NCBI RefSeq assembly: GCF_963921235.1
Contig: NC_086109.1
Location: 13,952,001 to 14,016,000 of the forward strand
Reading direction: 5' to 3'
DNA length: 64,000 nt
DNA from: Mobula hypostoma
Lineage: Eukaryota
The first letter of the stretch is position 1; the number at the start of each line of letters is the position of its first letter. The notes under the pieces are model-generated. The model did no database searches. It had not been told where the DNA came from and saw nothing but the letters and a program-made list of their open reading frames with translations. A program made the translations under genes and the position numbers. This document shows positions 23,690-35,915 of the stretch, piece after piece.

Positions 23690-24340
23690 TCATCGAGGGA
23701 CCAGAAGTGGAAAGGGTGAGCAATTTCAAGTTCCAGCGTGTCGGTATCTCTGAGGACCAGTCCTGGGCCTGATATGTTGATGTAGGTACAAGGAAGGTAC
23801 AACAGCAGCTATGTTTCATTCGGAGCTTGAGGAGGTTTGGTATGTCACTCAAATTTCGACAGATGTGCGATGGAGAGCATTGCAACTGGTTGCATCTCCA
23901 CCTAATATGGGGTGGGGGGGGGCACAGGATCAAAATAAGCTGCAGAAAGTCGTAAACTCAATCACTCTGCCTTGGGCACTAGCCTCCTCAGCATCCAGGA
24001 CATCCTCAGGAAGGCATCACCCATCATCAAGGACCTCCATCACCCAGGACATGCCCCCCTCCTCATTGCTACCATCAGGAGGTAGGTACAGGTGCCCGAA
24101 GGCACACACTCAATGATTCAGGATCAATTTCTTCCTCTTTGCCAACAGATTTCTGAATGGACATTGAACCCATAAATATTACCTCATACATTTTCTCTCC
24201 CTCTCTTTTTTTGCCCTACTTATCTAACTTAAATTATAAATTTACTGTAATTTCCTGTTTTTATTATGTATTGCAATGTACTGCTGCCACATAACCATCT
24301 CCACCACGTTTGCCGGTGATATTAAACCTGATTCTGACAT
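23690..24340 (+). mobile_element. Rex1/Babar 3' region
   Basis: VERVSNFKF.RV.ISEDQSW, KVQQQL.FIRSLRRFGMS, LPSGGRYR; tail taaacctgattctga. Confidence 0.8.
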
Positions 24341-24654
24341 ATAGGGAAATACTTTGTTTGCATTCACAGTGAACACGCCTAGGAATGTGCTGGGAGCAGC
24401 ACTCAAGGGTTGTGACATATTTAGATGCCAACACGGTATGCCCACAGCATTTGGCAGAACAACACAAATCACAACAGCAAAACATTCCTCATTCCTCCCC
24501 TTTCAGCCACATCAGGCTTCGACTTTAGACGTCCAATCCAACACTGGGCTTCTGTCTTCGATGTAGACCTCCAGACTGGCTGATAATGGGAGCCTAAATC
24601 CTATACCAAGGGCTTGAATATAAAATTCAAGGCAGTTACAAAAATGCCGGTAAA

Positions 24655-24870
24655 GCTCCAGTGACCTGGGTTCAATTCATCACTGTCTATAAGGAGTTCG
24701 TACTATCTCCCCATAACCTCATGGGTTTCTTCCAGGTGCTCTGGTTTCCTCCCACATTCTAGAGATGTATGGGTGTGAGGGTTAATTAGTCACATGGGTG
24801 TAATTGGATGGCATGGGCTCATTGGGCCAGAATGGCCTGTTACCGTGCTGTGTCTCTAACTACTAAAAAA
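24655..24870 (+). mobile_element. V-domain SINE
   Basis: gacctgggttcaattc B-box, gggtttcttccaggtgctctggtttcctcccacattc. Confidence 0.78.
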
Positions 24871-25019
24871 TAAGGGAGATACTAGTCCATCACTGAGGCA
24901 GGGTTATACATCAGAGGCATACTGCAAACATGAGTTTCTGCAGGCACTGGATATCAAGAGGAACACACACAAAGTGCAGGGCAGGTGGCATCTCATGGAC
25001 AGCAATGAGCAATTGACCC

Positions 25020-25495
25020 TTTCATTCCAGGAATGAAAGGGTTAACATGTGAGGAATGTTTGGCAGCTTTGGGCCTGTATTCACCGGAACTTAGAAGGCT
25101 GCGTGGGGATTTCACTGAAAACTACCGAATGTTGAAAGGACGAGATAGGGTGGACGCGGAGAGGATGTTTCCTCTGGTGGGGGTATCCAGCACTAGAGGG
25201 CACAGCCTCAAAATTGAGGGACGACCTTTTAGAACAGAACTAAGGAGGATTTTTTTTCAGCCAGACCATAGTGAATTTGTGGAATGTTCTGCCGCAGACT
25301 GCGGTGGAGGCCAAGTCTGTGGGTATATTTAGGGCGGAAGTAGATTGTTTCCTCACTGGTCAGGGAATCAAAGGATATGGCGAGAAGGCAGGTGTATGGG
25401 GTTGACTGGGATCTGGGTTCAGTCATGATGGAATGGCGGAGCAGACTCAATGGGCTGAATGGCCTCATTCTGCTCCTATCTCCTATGGTCTTATG
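25020..25495 (+). mobile_element. CR1 LINE 3' end nested in a Penelope-like remnant
   Basis: IPGMKGLT.EECL.ALGLYS.ELRRLRGD, TRGHSLKI.GRPFRTE; (tcttatgg)n tail. Confidence 0.9.
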
Positions 25496-25954
25496 GACAT
25501 TTTGGGCAAAGGCTCTGAAGAGTTTTGGCCTGAAACTTTGACTGTTCATTCCTCTTCATCGAGGCATTCTGAGATTTGTTAGGTAAAGTACACCCCCCAA
25601 GTACCAGAACAAACATTATTATTTGAGTACCCTGCTTATTTTATCATCCATGTTACATTACTTACAGTTCAAAAAGCATTTTGAAGGTGTGAAGCACTTT
25701 TAGACATATAAAGAAATGGAAGTTAAATGGAATTCTTTTTCCCAAATTGCTCTGTTGCTCTCCTTTCAATTATTGTGTGTCCTATTTCTCCTGTGTTCCT
25801 GCCCTTTTCTCTCTTTCTCACTTCTGTCTTCACATCATGTATCCTGTTGTGCTTTTGGTAGGTTTGAAAGCAATATGTGACAGCATAGCAGTCCACGATA
25901 AGATCTCAGAAGCACCACCTCTTGTGTGGTGCGCTAAACTGGCTTCTGTGTTAA

Positions 25955-26065
25955 TTGGTTGAGGAATAAATGTTTACCAAGAGCCTGGGGAGAACGCCCC
26001 TGCTCTTTACATCCACAGAAGAGGTTTAATGGCTTTTTCATAAGGAGGCACCTGTGACTTCCAAG
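25955..26065 (-). mobile_element. Ancient Deu-domain SINE remnant (SacSINE1/AmnSINE-like)
   Basis: ggttgaggaataaatgttt...ggggagaacgcccctgctctttacatccac...ggtttaa...ggcacct resembles the reverse complement of the Deu domain (from recall; not aligned). Confidence 0.55.
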
Positions 26066-26178
26066 CTTACTGGGGTTGTTGGTCTAGTTCCCGTTATTAT
26101 GGGCCTGTCCTTGGGATCAGGCTGCTGGGAGAGGCTTTCATGTCTAGCTAATAAAGGATAGCTTCCAGGAAAGAGGTT

Positions 26179-26373
26179 AAAAACGCAAACACAAGGAAAT
26201 CTGCAGATGCTGGAAATCCAAGCAACACACACAATATGCTGGTGGAATGCTGCAGGCCAGGCACCGTCTATTGGAAGAGGTACAGTCGATGTTTCGGGTC
26301 GAGTCCTGACGAAGGGTCTCGGCCCGAAACGTCGATTGTACCTCTTCCAATAGATGCTGCTGGCCTGTGTGTG
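26179..26373. mobile_element. Short Penelope-like insertion with inverted arms
   Basis: TSD ttccagga(a)agaggtt (26163-26178 / 26374-26388). Confidence 0.88.
26302..26337 (+). ncRNA. Minimal hammerhead ribozyme motif
   Basis: AGUC CUGACGA AGGGUCUCGGCCC GAAAC GUC|GAUU; stem II GGG/CCC, stem I with one G-U pair. Confidence 0.8.
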
Positions 26374-26749
26374 TTCCAGGAAGAGGTTTCCTGCTTTCCC
26401 AGTCAATTTATTCTCGTTCCTCCTTTGACGTGGCACATGTGTAGGCCTCATGGAGTTGCTAATCTCCCAAAGAGTACGTACTGATGAGCTGTTAAACACA
26501 ACCCTCTGGTAATCTGTGTAATAACATTCAGTCATTGTTAAAGCAAGCAAGGAGTCTCTTGGGAGTTCTCCCAAAGGAGTTGAATGGTTCCATAATATTC
26601 TACTTGGACTATAATTGAGGGGAACGATGAAGCATGTTTTGAGAAAATAGGATTGGTTGCCATGGTTGTCAAATCAACGAAGTTGTTGGGGTGGGGGAGG
26701 GATTGCATTTACGGGAAGAAGATGCAGTATACAGTTTACCCTGAAATTT

Positions 26750-27060
26750 TAAGATTAGATTATCTTTATTTGTCACATGTACATCGAAACATAAAGTGAA
26801 GCGCATTGGGTTGTGCCCATGACCAACACAGTCCAACGATGTGCTAGGGACAACCCACAGGTGCTGCCATGCTTCTGGCATCAACATAGCACATCCACTG
26901 CTCACTAACCCTAACCATATGTCATGGAATGTGGAAGGAAACCTACACGGCCATGAGGAGAATGGACAAACTCCTTGCAGACCGCGGCAGGAATCGAACC
27001 TGGATTGGTGAATGTTGGCGCTGTAAAGTGATGGGTGCTAACTGCTATGCTACCATGCTT
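26750..27060 (-). mobile_element. SINE with tRNA/V-type head and non-CR1 (Rex1-like) tail
   Basis: Minus strand: ggtagcatagcagttagc...ggttcgattcc head, V-domain remnant, tail gatgtacatgtgacaaataaagataatct. Confidence 0.7.
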
Positions 27061-27884
27061 TCTCCATTAGAAAGCTAAGTGAACATGCATGCCTTGTTTG
27101 ATGCTAATGTTCCTCTTTCTTTAGCTTGGATTAAGAATAAAAACAGAAAAGGCTAGAGATATTCAGAAGGAGAGTTAAAGTTTAGGCTCGAAGAATGTTC
27201 TCTAAGTTTCTCTGGACTTTGTTGTTTTCCTGTGATAGACTGATACATTCAGTACCAGATTGAACTTGTCTACCTTGGGAACATCTTTGGAGAAGTATTT
27301 CAGAAACCTTATCCATTCATCTGACCTAGTGAAGGTTAGAGGCTGACAAAAGAGACTATAGAGACTGGAGTCTGAAAAATACACAAAACCTAGGAGCAAT
27401 TTGGTAGGCCTGTCAGCCTCTATGGAGAGAAATGGACAATCAATGTTTCAGTTTGAGACCCTGCACCTGGACTCTAAAGATCTATATGAAATGTCAGGAC
27501 CAAATATCAGCTGTCCCTTTCTCTCCAGACATGCTGCCTGACCTGCTGAGCTCCTCCAGCAGTTTGAAGGTTTGGAGGCCATCTTGTATGGCCTCCTCCT
27601 GCAACACAGCGTGCAAACAATATTCTCCCAGTTTGTCAAGTTCATCTCCTGTGGCTTCTGGCATTGGGTATTTGGGTGGATCCTGCTGCTCATTTACTTG
27701 TGACTTCCTTGGGTCATTTTACAGAGAAAATACAGTGCAGGTGGACAAATGAAATATAAGAGCCAGGACGAGATAGATTGGAAGATTAAGAATTATCTTT
27801 TGGCATCTTCAGGAGTCTAATGACAATGGGATCAAAGCTGTTCTTTAAAACTGGTGGTGCATGGGGAAGATCTGTTTTTGTTTG

Positions 27885-28452
27885 GGGGGGCCACTTTTTC
27901 GAGTACCATCTGCCACAAGCAGGACTTCCCGATGGCCAAACGTTTTAATTCTGATTCCTGTTCCAACATGTCGGTCCATGTCCTCCTTTTGTGCCAAGGT
28001 GAGGCCACCTCAGGGTGGAGGAACAACACCTAATATTCCATCTGGGTAATCTCCAACCTGATGGCATGTGTATGCATTTATCTGTCTGGTAAACAAATTT
28101 CCCCAACTCCCTGTTCGCCACTCACCTAACTTTTGCCTCTTCTCACCTGCCTATTGCTTCTCTCCTTGGTCCCCCTCCCACTTCCCTTTCTCCTATGGTC
28201 CAATCTCGTTTCCTATCACATTCCTTCTTCTCCAGCCCTCGACCTTTCCCACCCACCTAGCTTCAATCACATTCCAGCTAGCCTCCTTCTCCTCCTTCCC
28301 CCCTCCCCCACCCATCTTTTTATTCTGGCATCTTCCCCCTTCCTTGTCAGTCCTTAAGTAGGATCTCGACCCGAAACGTCGGCTATCTATTCACCTCTGT
28401 AGATGCTGCCTGACCTGTTGAGTTCCTCCTGCATTTTGTGCGTTTTGCTTAT
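27885..28452 (+). mobile_element. Penelope-like element 3' part
   Basis: RVEEQHLIFHLGNLQPDGM, pyrimidine-rich UTR, degenerate hammerhead at ~28348-28385. Confidence 0.82.
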
Positions 28453-28834
28453 GATCTCAAGGTGCTTTACCTTCTGCTTGAACAGGAGAGAGGAGAAGAG
28501 AGAATGTTCAGGGTGGAAAGGGTCCTTGGCTATGTTGGCTGCTTCCCCAAGGCAGTGGGAAGTGAGGATGGAGTCACTGACAGAGAGGCCGGTTTTAATG
28601 ATGGACTGGCTATGCTATGTCCACATTGACTAGAGCTCCTGACCACTTCAGCCAGTGCCTAAGTCAATGCTTCACTCTATCAAGCACTTTGGGTCATTTT
28701 TTATTCATTCCAGCACAAGCAGGAGTGCTGCTTAAGGACCACAAGGAACCTTCAAGGACTCCTTGGCTGTGCAGCCTGCGTCCTTGATGGGTTTGTCCAT
28801 TGAGCTCTGGTCTACAATAGCACGTCCATGGACA

Positions 28835-29630
28835 GAACCAGAATCGGGTTTATTATCACTGATATTGGTTGTGAAATGTGTTGTTTTTCAGTAGCAATTC
28901 AGTGTAGTGCATAAAACAATATTCTTATAAGTTACAACAAGAAATATGAAAAAGAATAAGTAGTTCAAAAAGGGAGCAAAAGAGTAAGGTAGTGTTTTCG
29001 GATTCGTGGACCGTTCAGAATTCTGAGGGCAGAGGGAAAGAAGTTGCTCCTATAATGTCGAGTGTGTGTACTCGGGCTACTGCACCTCCTCCCCGAAGGC
29101 AGGAATGAGAAGAGGCAATATTCCGGCTGGTGGGTCCTGAACGACAGATGTTGCTTTCTTGAGGTCTTGTCTTCTGAAGATGTGCTTAGTGTTGGGGCTG
29201 GCTGAATTTACAATCCTCTGCAGCTTTTTTGCCGATCTAATGCATTCAAAGTTCAAAGAAAATTTATTATCAAAGTATAAATATGCCACCATGTGCTCTG
29301 AGAGTTATTTTCTTGCAGGCATTCACAGTAGAATAAAGAAATACAATAGAATCAATGAAAAAACTGCACACAAAGTTTGACAAACAACCAATGTGTAAAA
29401 GAAGATAACTTGTGCAAATACTAATAAATAACTAATACTGGGGTACAAATGAAGGGTCTTGGCCCAAAGTATTAACTCTTTACTCCTTAAATGATGCCCA
29501 ATCTGCTGAGTGTGGATTTCTAGCATCTGTGGAATCCCTTGTACCATGGAGGGCATTCTGAAGCACATCTTGTAGAAATTTGCTAGCGTCTTTGGTGACA
29601 AACCTCCTCAAACTCCTTATGAAATATAAC
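28835..29630 (-). mobile_element. Rex1/Babar 3' fragments with nested repeats
   Basis: MSPKTLANFYK, KKLQRIVNSA, KKATSVVQDP on minus strand; interrupted by a 3'UTR-type repeat and a Penelope-like remnant. Confidence 0.65.
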
Positions 29631-29995
29631 AATGTATAGATGTGTTCTGGTACTCCAGAAAAAATATTACTTGTGCATATGTTTACCTCAGAGACAGTTG
29701 CTCACTTCTAACATAAGATAGCCGAAGTTTCTAGCTAGTTAGAACTTTATTTCTGAGGACAATGAGATTTTAGTATTACTCCATTCCATGCAAAACAGCA
29801 TTCTGGCAATTCAATTACAAAATACACAATGACTACATTTAAAATAACTTCTAAGTCGTGTAGAGTGGCAACTAAGTTGCAGCTGAATTTTCGCCTGCCC
29901 CAGCCCTTCCCTTCCTGAAAGTATCCCACCTCTGCCCCCCAAGGACTTCAGTGACAGAGCCCTGCATGCTAGACATTGAGTGGAATGTCTCTGGG

Positions 29996-30130
29996 TCTCC
30001 TTTCTCTCCCGCCCCCCTCCCCCTCCCCCTCCCCCTCCCCCTCCACTCCTCTCCCCTCCACCCCTCTCCCTTCCCCTCTACCCCTCTCTCTCTCACCCTC
30101 TCCTCTCTCCCACCCCACCCCCTCCCCTCT
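29996..30130. repeat. Polypyrimidine/polypurine tract with (CCCCCT)n
   Basis: About 135 bp almost purely C/T; G-runs on the minus strand. Confidence 0.9.
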
Positions 30131-31009
30131 GAGTATTTTCCCTGCTGGGCACAGACTTGAACAGAGGCATTGATGTTGTGATGGAATTGCTGATGCTGCG
30201 TGATTATAATGACGGAGTCTGGAATCAAACAGGCAGTGTTATGGTCGAGGTTTCCACATCCTGCTCTTTCCATCCATTCTAAATCACCCTGCGTCAGTCC
30301 TTGGAAAGTTCCATAAGTATATATTTTTCATCTAATAAAGCTTAAGGCTCTCAAGGTTGTTTACCTAGGTTACGCAGGTTACCTAGCGCATGTGTTTACT
30401 AGTGTGATTTGCTTGGCAGTGCCTACAAGGAAATTGGGCTGTGTATTCCATCTAAATTATTGATCTTTGAGGCTTTTTGTGTCTTTTTTTTAAAAATGTG
30501 TACCCTTTTACGCTTGTTCTGCATCTTCAAGGCCATTCGCTTGGTAATGGTTCTTTCCCTTTTTGATCTCTTCCCTGGAACACCCCCCCCCCGACCAAGT
30601 TCAGCATTTTTGTTTGCTCAGCTGTTGTGTCCTCAGATGTTTCTTGCTCATTTCTCCTCTCTCGTTGTTTTCCCCACTGCTCCCCACTCTCCCTTCATGC
30701 TTTTCATACTCATCTTCTCCTGTCTCACCATTCCTCCTCTTAATAAAGGCCACCTTCCCTCCCCACTTCCAGTTCTGGTGCAGGGTTTTGATTCAAAGCA
30801 GCGACAATCTCCACCCCCACCCCCACCCCCCCATCCTGTCCCACAGTTGCTGCTTGGTGCGTTATGTCCCTCTAACAGATCATTTGCTTCAGTAGACAGC
30901 TTTGGAATGCAATATTAAAGACATCAAAGATGTACATTATATGGTTATTTTTGGATTTTAGCTGATTTCATCCTTTCTTTGCAGTAGAATTCCTTGTCAT
31001 TTGAAGCAA

Positions 31010-31268
31010 CCTAATGACTTAAGCCCATCACCATTACTGGGGCATAGGCCTCCGACAGCAGCTCACCAGAGCCCTCTGTTCTGGCCAGTCTTTCAAGTTG
31101 TCCCCAGGTAGCCCATCTTCTTGGTGTCTCCCAGGGGTTGAGTCTTTGGGGCTTTGTTGGTGTTTCTGTAGCTCTGGCTTTTGTTTTTTAAATGGGATTG
31201 ATTCACGAGCCCCAATGCCCAAAACCCCTCCTCTGGCAGCTGGGCTTGGGATTGTCCACGGTGGAGTT
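31010..31268 (-). mobile_element. RTE-derived short non-autonomous element headed by a twister ribozyme
   Basis: Perfect 11-bp TSD atttgaagcaa (30999-31009 / 31269-31279); 3' part encodes LERLARTEGSG/..AAVGGLCP, resembling an RTE ORF end; 5' part is twister-like. Confidence 0.85.
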
Positions 31269-31275
31269 ATTTGAA
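31218..31275 (-). ncRNA. Twister ribozyme (P1-type), partly decayed
   Basis: Minus strand UUCAAA U|AA CUCC ACC GUG GACAAUCCCAAGCCCAG CUGCC AGAG GAGGG GU UUUGGG matches the twister order UAA-P2-GCC...UCCCAAGCCC...P2'-GAGGG-P1'. Confidence 0.75.
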
Positions 31276-31658
31276 GCAAGTTTTTTTTTCTCTGTAAGGT
31301 GGTCGCTTGTTTAAAAGAGTTACATGTTCAAGATTTCTAATCCCTCAGACTTGACCCTGTGTGCACCTGCTGTGAGCAGCCAACCCCAGGAATTTGTGAA
31401 GAATTGTGGAAAAATCAAGTGCTGTGTTTAAAGGGAAATCATCGGCTCCAAAGAACTTGTGTACGACTTGTAGAACAATTCAGTTTTATCGCTGTATCTG
31501 CACAGGAAAAACTGCTTTGAACCAACACTGTTTTCAGCTCTCTTATCACTGGACCAAGGTTTCAGTGCCTCTGATCAGCAATTCAATGCATGACATTGGC
31601 TGCATTTGTATGGCAGCCTGAGACTTGAGCACTTTATAACAGCTGTGATCATGGTTAT

Positions 31659-31903
31659 TATGTTTTGTAACTCCAAAACATAAAACAAATTAAAAGAACA
31701 ATACTGGAGTCCTGAATGCATGTACAGTAACTTTGTTTTTACTTTAAACGAGGCACACATTTATGACCTGTTGGCGTGATGACGTATGCCATTCACATAC
31801 TTTTACATACAACTCATGAATTATTTAAATGACCAAGGATGCTTAATCAAGCAACATATTTGCAATATTACTCAAATATTACTGAAATATTAAATACACT
31901 ACA
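31659..31903 (-). repeat. 3' LTR of Gypsy element
   Basis: Direct repeat of 35666-35915; preceded on the minus strand by the polypurine tract. Confidence 0.88.
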
Positions 31904-33735
31904 CTCCTCCCTGCTTAGATATAAACTCTAATTCGATATAGAATGCAACTCAACTCAAATGTAACATATTACCCTTTAATAATGCAACAACTATGTAGAC
32001 ATCCACAGCATAGTAAGTTTTAAAGTGTCTCATTCAGGCCTAAAGATTTAATTGCTGTGGAAGCTTTCTTACTTTTGCGGGATTACGTCTTTCCTGGCAA
32101 GGAGAATCACTGCTTGGCAGGTGAGACTTATGGCTGTGTAACAATCTCAGGTCTTGGGGCCTCCTCAATGGTGGTTGTTGGAGTTGACTCCTCTCTAACA
32201 ATTGCCTCTGTTCTCCTCAACTGATCGACGTGCCTTCTCCAGATGCAATATTTACTGTCCAGGAGAGGGGTCCAGTTCTGTCCTTAAGCTTTCTGAGTAC
32301 CCACTTCTGCTCACTTCCGCAGTCCCTTGCTAGACCTGTTTGTCCAGGAGCCTGAAGAGCCTTCAATTTATCTCGGCGCTTTGTCTGTGTACTCCTCCTG
32401 AGACTGGACTTGAGGAAATCCAAGTGTGAATGCAAGGGATGACCCAGGAACAGCTTAGCTGGTGAGTCGGTGGTGGTGGAGGAGTGTGCTGCATTGTGAT
32501 ATGCAAGGAGGAAGTTGGTGAGCTTCTGGTTCAGCGTCAGTGTACTGTGTTCTGCTAACGTTGCTCGCAGTGAGCTCTTTAGACTCTGGACAAACCTTTC
32601 CGCCTAGCCATTCGTAGCCGGCAGTCTGGTGCAGATGTAACATGTCTTATTCCATTCATTTTCAAGAAACCGTTCCACAACAAACTGAATTCCATTGTCA
32701 CTGACTAATCAGTCCTTGATGAGGCTTCTTAACCCATCGGCAGTGTGTGAGGCTGTAGTGGAGGCTTTTGCAAATACTTCTGGCCACTTTGTAGCTGCAT
32801 CCACTACTGCCAAGAAGTTTGTGCCCATGAATGGTGTGGCCACAGTAAGTGATGTTTGATTTAAAAAAATATATACACTTGTAACATCATACTCCAAGCC
32901 ATTAGCTTCTAATCTTTTTATCACTGTCTTGAGATTTTGGAGATGTTCCTTGTTATCCTTATTGGTTAGAATGTTGTCATCCCGGTAACACTGAAAGCCT
33001 GAGCAGCCTTGCAGTACCTGGTCCATATCCAAAAATAAGCCTATTATAACAATAAAGCCCTTTGTGAGTGGTTATGAGAGAAAAAATTTGGACACTTCTT
33101 TCATCTCCATCTGTAGGTAGGACTCAGCTAAGTGCGCTTTGCTCAGATTTTTTTTTCTGCTGGAGAGGTTTGCAAAGATATCCTCAATCCTAGGCAGGAG
33201 GTATCCATTCACTTTCAGTACTGGGTTGATTGTGACCTTAAAATCGCCACAAATCCTGATAGACCCATTTTTTGTTTTAGCTACTGGGGCCACTGGTGTT
33301 GCCCGTGGGCTCCTGTCAACCTTGGAAAGAATTCCCTCAGTCTCCAGGTGATCTAGTTCACTGGCTACTTTATCATGGATGGACCAGCTTTTTAAAACTT
33401 GGGTGTGGCATTTTCATTTGACACTATTTACCCCTGATATGTTTGAGTTTTCCAATGAACACTGGTTTGGTCCTGTTGAGTACATTTCTTAATTCGGTTT
33501 CAGTTAACTCTATCTCAGGGAATGTGGCATGCAGATGGTGGATGGATTGCCAACCACGTTGTAGTTGTTTGAGCCAGTTACACCCCCACAATGCTAGCCC
33601 TCCTGTTTTTAATCACGTACAAGTCCAATGTGGCTTGTTGGTTGTTGTATTTCAATGTTACAAAAGTCATTTCCACAATAAGTTCTTAGTTGGGTACCTG
33701 CAGGCTTCAGTTCAGTATCTTCGAAATGCCTTTCA

Positions 33736-34500
33736 AACAACACACACAAAATGCTGAAGGAACTCAGTAGGCCAGGCAGCATCTACGAAAAGGAGTCAAC
33801 AGTCGACGTTTCGGGCTGAGACCCTTCCTCAGGAGGTAAAAGTGATGAGAAGTTAGAGCAAGAGGGTGGGGGGAGGGGAGGAAGAAGTACAAGGTGGTAG
33901 GTGACAGATGAAACTGGGAGAGGGGGAGTGGTGAAGTAAAGTGCTGGAAATTTGATAGGCGAAAGAGATAAAGGGCAGAAAATCTGATAGGAGATGACAG
34001 AAGGCCATGGGGAAAAAAGGGGAGGCGGAGGAGCACCAGAGGGAGATGCTAGGCAGGTAAGGAGATGAGGTGATAGAAGGAAGTGGGAATGGGGGGGGGG
34101 TTAGTTACCAGAAGTTTGAGAAATTTATGTTCATTCTATCAGGCTGGAGGCTACCCAGACGGAATATGAGGTATTGCCCCTCCAGCCTGAGTGTGGCCTC
34201 ATCGCGGCAGTAGAGGAAGCCATGGACTGATATGTCAGAATGGGAAGTAGCATTGAAGTGAGTGGCCACAGGGGGAGATTCTGCTTTTTCCGGCAGACAG
34301 TGTGTAGGTGCTTAGCAAAGCAGTCTCCCAATCTATGTCGAGTCTCACCAATACACAGGAGGCCACACTAGGAGCACTAGATACAGTAGATGACCCCAAC
34401 AGACTCTCAGATGAAGTGTTGACTCACCTGGAAGGTCTGTCTGGGGCCCAGAATGGTAGTGAGGGAGGTATAGGGGCAGGTATGACACTTGATCCGCTTT
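33736..34500 (-). mobile_element. Penelope-like element (GIY-YIG endonuclease remnant, UTR, terminal repeat) nested in Gypsy protease
   Basis: GVIYCI*CS*CGLLCIGETRHRLGDCFAKHL...TLRLEGQYLIFRLGSLQPD; Gypsy reading IIPENE/ERHFEDTELKP resumes across it. Confidence 0.9.
33800..33835 (-). ncRNA. Hammerhead ribozyme motif (core intact, stem I weakened)
   Basis: Minus strand UC CUGAGGA AGGGUCUCAGCCC GAAAC GUC|GACUG. Confidence 0.65.
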
Positions 34501-35509
34501 AATCTCATTTTCTGGAATGATTGAAATAGCTGAGCCCATGTCCAATTCTATTTTAATTAATTTGCCTTTCACTTTTGGTGTTGGCCATATTGCTTGTGTA
34601 TTGTTAGATTTCACATTGTAAATCGCAAGGCTACTCAGTCTTGTATCACTCTTTTCATTATCAGAATTTTCATCAACAGCAAGCAAATTAGTGCTCTTTT
34701 TGAAAATGTAACTTGACTTTTTCTTTTCACTTTGCAGTCCATTTATTTTTGTCTGCCCGACATGCTCTTTGTTTGTGTCCCACTTTGTTGCATCTTCTGC
34801 AAGTTTCACCTTTAACTTTGCATTGGTCTGGTGTATGTGATTTCCTGCCACAATGGTAACAGAATTTTGAAAGAGAAGTTTGGTAGCTCAGGTTGGCTGT
34901 TTGTTTGTAGGTTTGTTAGTTGAGCCTGAATGTTAGATTGCACTGTTTGTTTGGCCAGGCAGGTTTCTGTTTAGAAGTTGCAATTTTGTTCACATTTACT
35001 TTTGACTGCAACACAATTACATTTCTGTTTGTTGCTTCCATTGATACAGCAACATCAACTGCTCTTTTTAATGTAAGTTGTGCTTCAGTTAGGAGCCATT
35101 TTTAAATGCTTTCAAGTAAGATTCCCCCCGATTAAATGACCTCTCAGTGGATCATTAAGCCCATTACTGAACTCACAATGGTCAGACAATTTCTTCAATT
35201 CTGCCACATATGCCAAAATGGACTCCCCTTCTTTTTTTATTCCACTTATGAAGCCCAACGGTTCTACAATCAAGAACAATTTCAGTTCTAAATGTTTGTG
35301 TATCACTTTCACAATATCAGCCAAGCTCATTTTGGCTGGCTTGGTCGGAGCAGTAAACTGTGCCTTTAAACTCAATGCTCTCAGCAAAACTGGTACTCAT
35401 TTCTCATTGGCTATTCCATTTGCTGCAAAATACTAATCAATTCACTCAGTATATACACTGTGTATGAACCTGTGAATTTTTCTGTTTTCTGCTAGTTCTT
35501 TACCTTGAC

Positions 35510-35540
<31 letters not shown>

Positions 35541-35665
35541 CTGAAGAGTCGAGTGCTGTGTTTTTTTAAACTTCTAATGTACTTTTTTTAAAACTCAAAA
35601 GTTTTTACTGCCCTTCAACAAGTAGGTAGTCATTTTGGGTTAGATTAAAACTTCCTCATCGCCAC

Positions 35666-35915
35666 TGTTATGTTTTATAACTCCAAAACATAGAGCCAGT
35701 TAAAAGAAAAAGACAGGAGTCTGGAATGCATGTACTTTAGTTTCCTTTTTACTTTAAGCAAGACGTGCATTTATAACATGGTGGTGAGATGACGTATGTA
35801 TTTGCGTACTTTTACATTTAACCCCTACTGAATTTTTTTTAATGAACAAGAATACTTAATCAAGCAATGTATTTACAATATACTTGCATGTTATTGAAAT
35901 GTTAGGTATACAGCA
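35666..35915 (-). repeat. 5' LTR of Gypsy element
   Basis: TG...CA on the minus strand, followed by PBS at ~35654-35664. Confidence 0.88.

Larger units (their letters stand above)
31659..35915 (-). mobile_element. Ty3/Gypsy (Mag-like) LTR retrotransposon, two LTRs, decayed
   Basis: LTRs ~31659-31903 and 35666-35915; PBS tggcgatgagg; PPT gcagggaggag; gag, protease (ELDMGSAISI), RT (IRICGDFKVTINPVL, CYRDD), integrase (FLAVVDAATKWPEV); probable TSD gttat. Confidence 0.92.
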
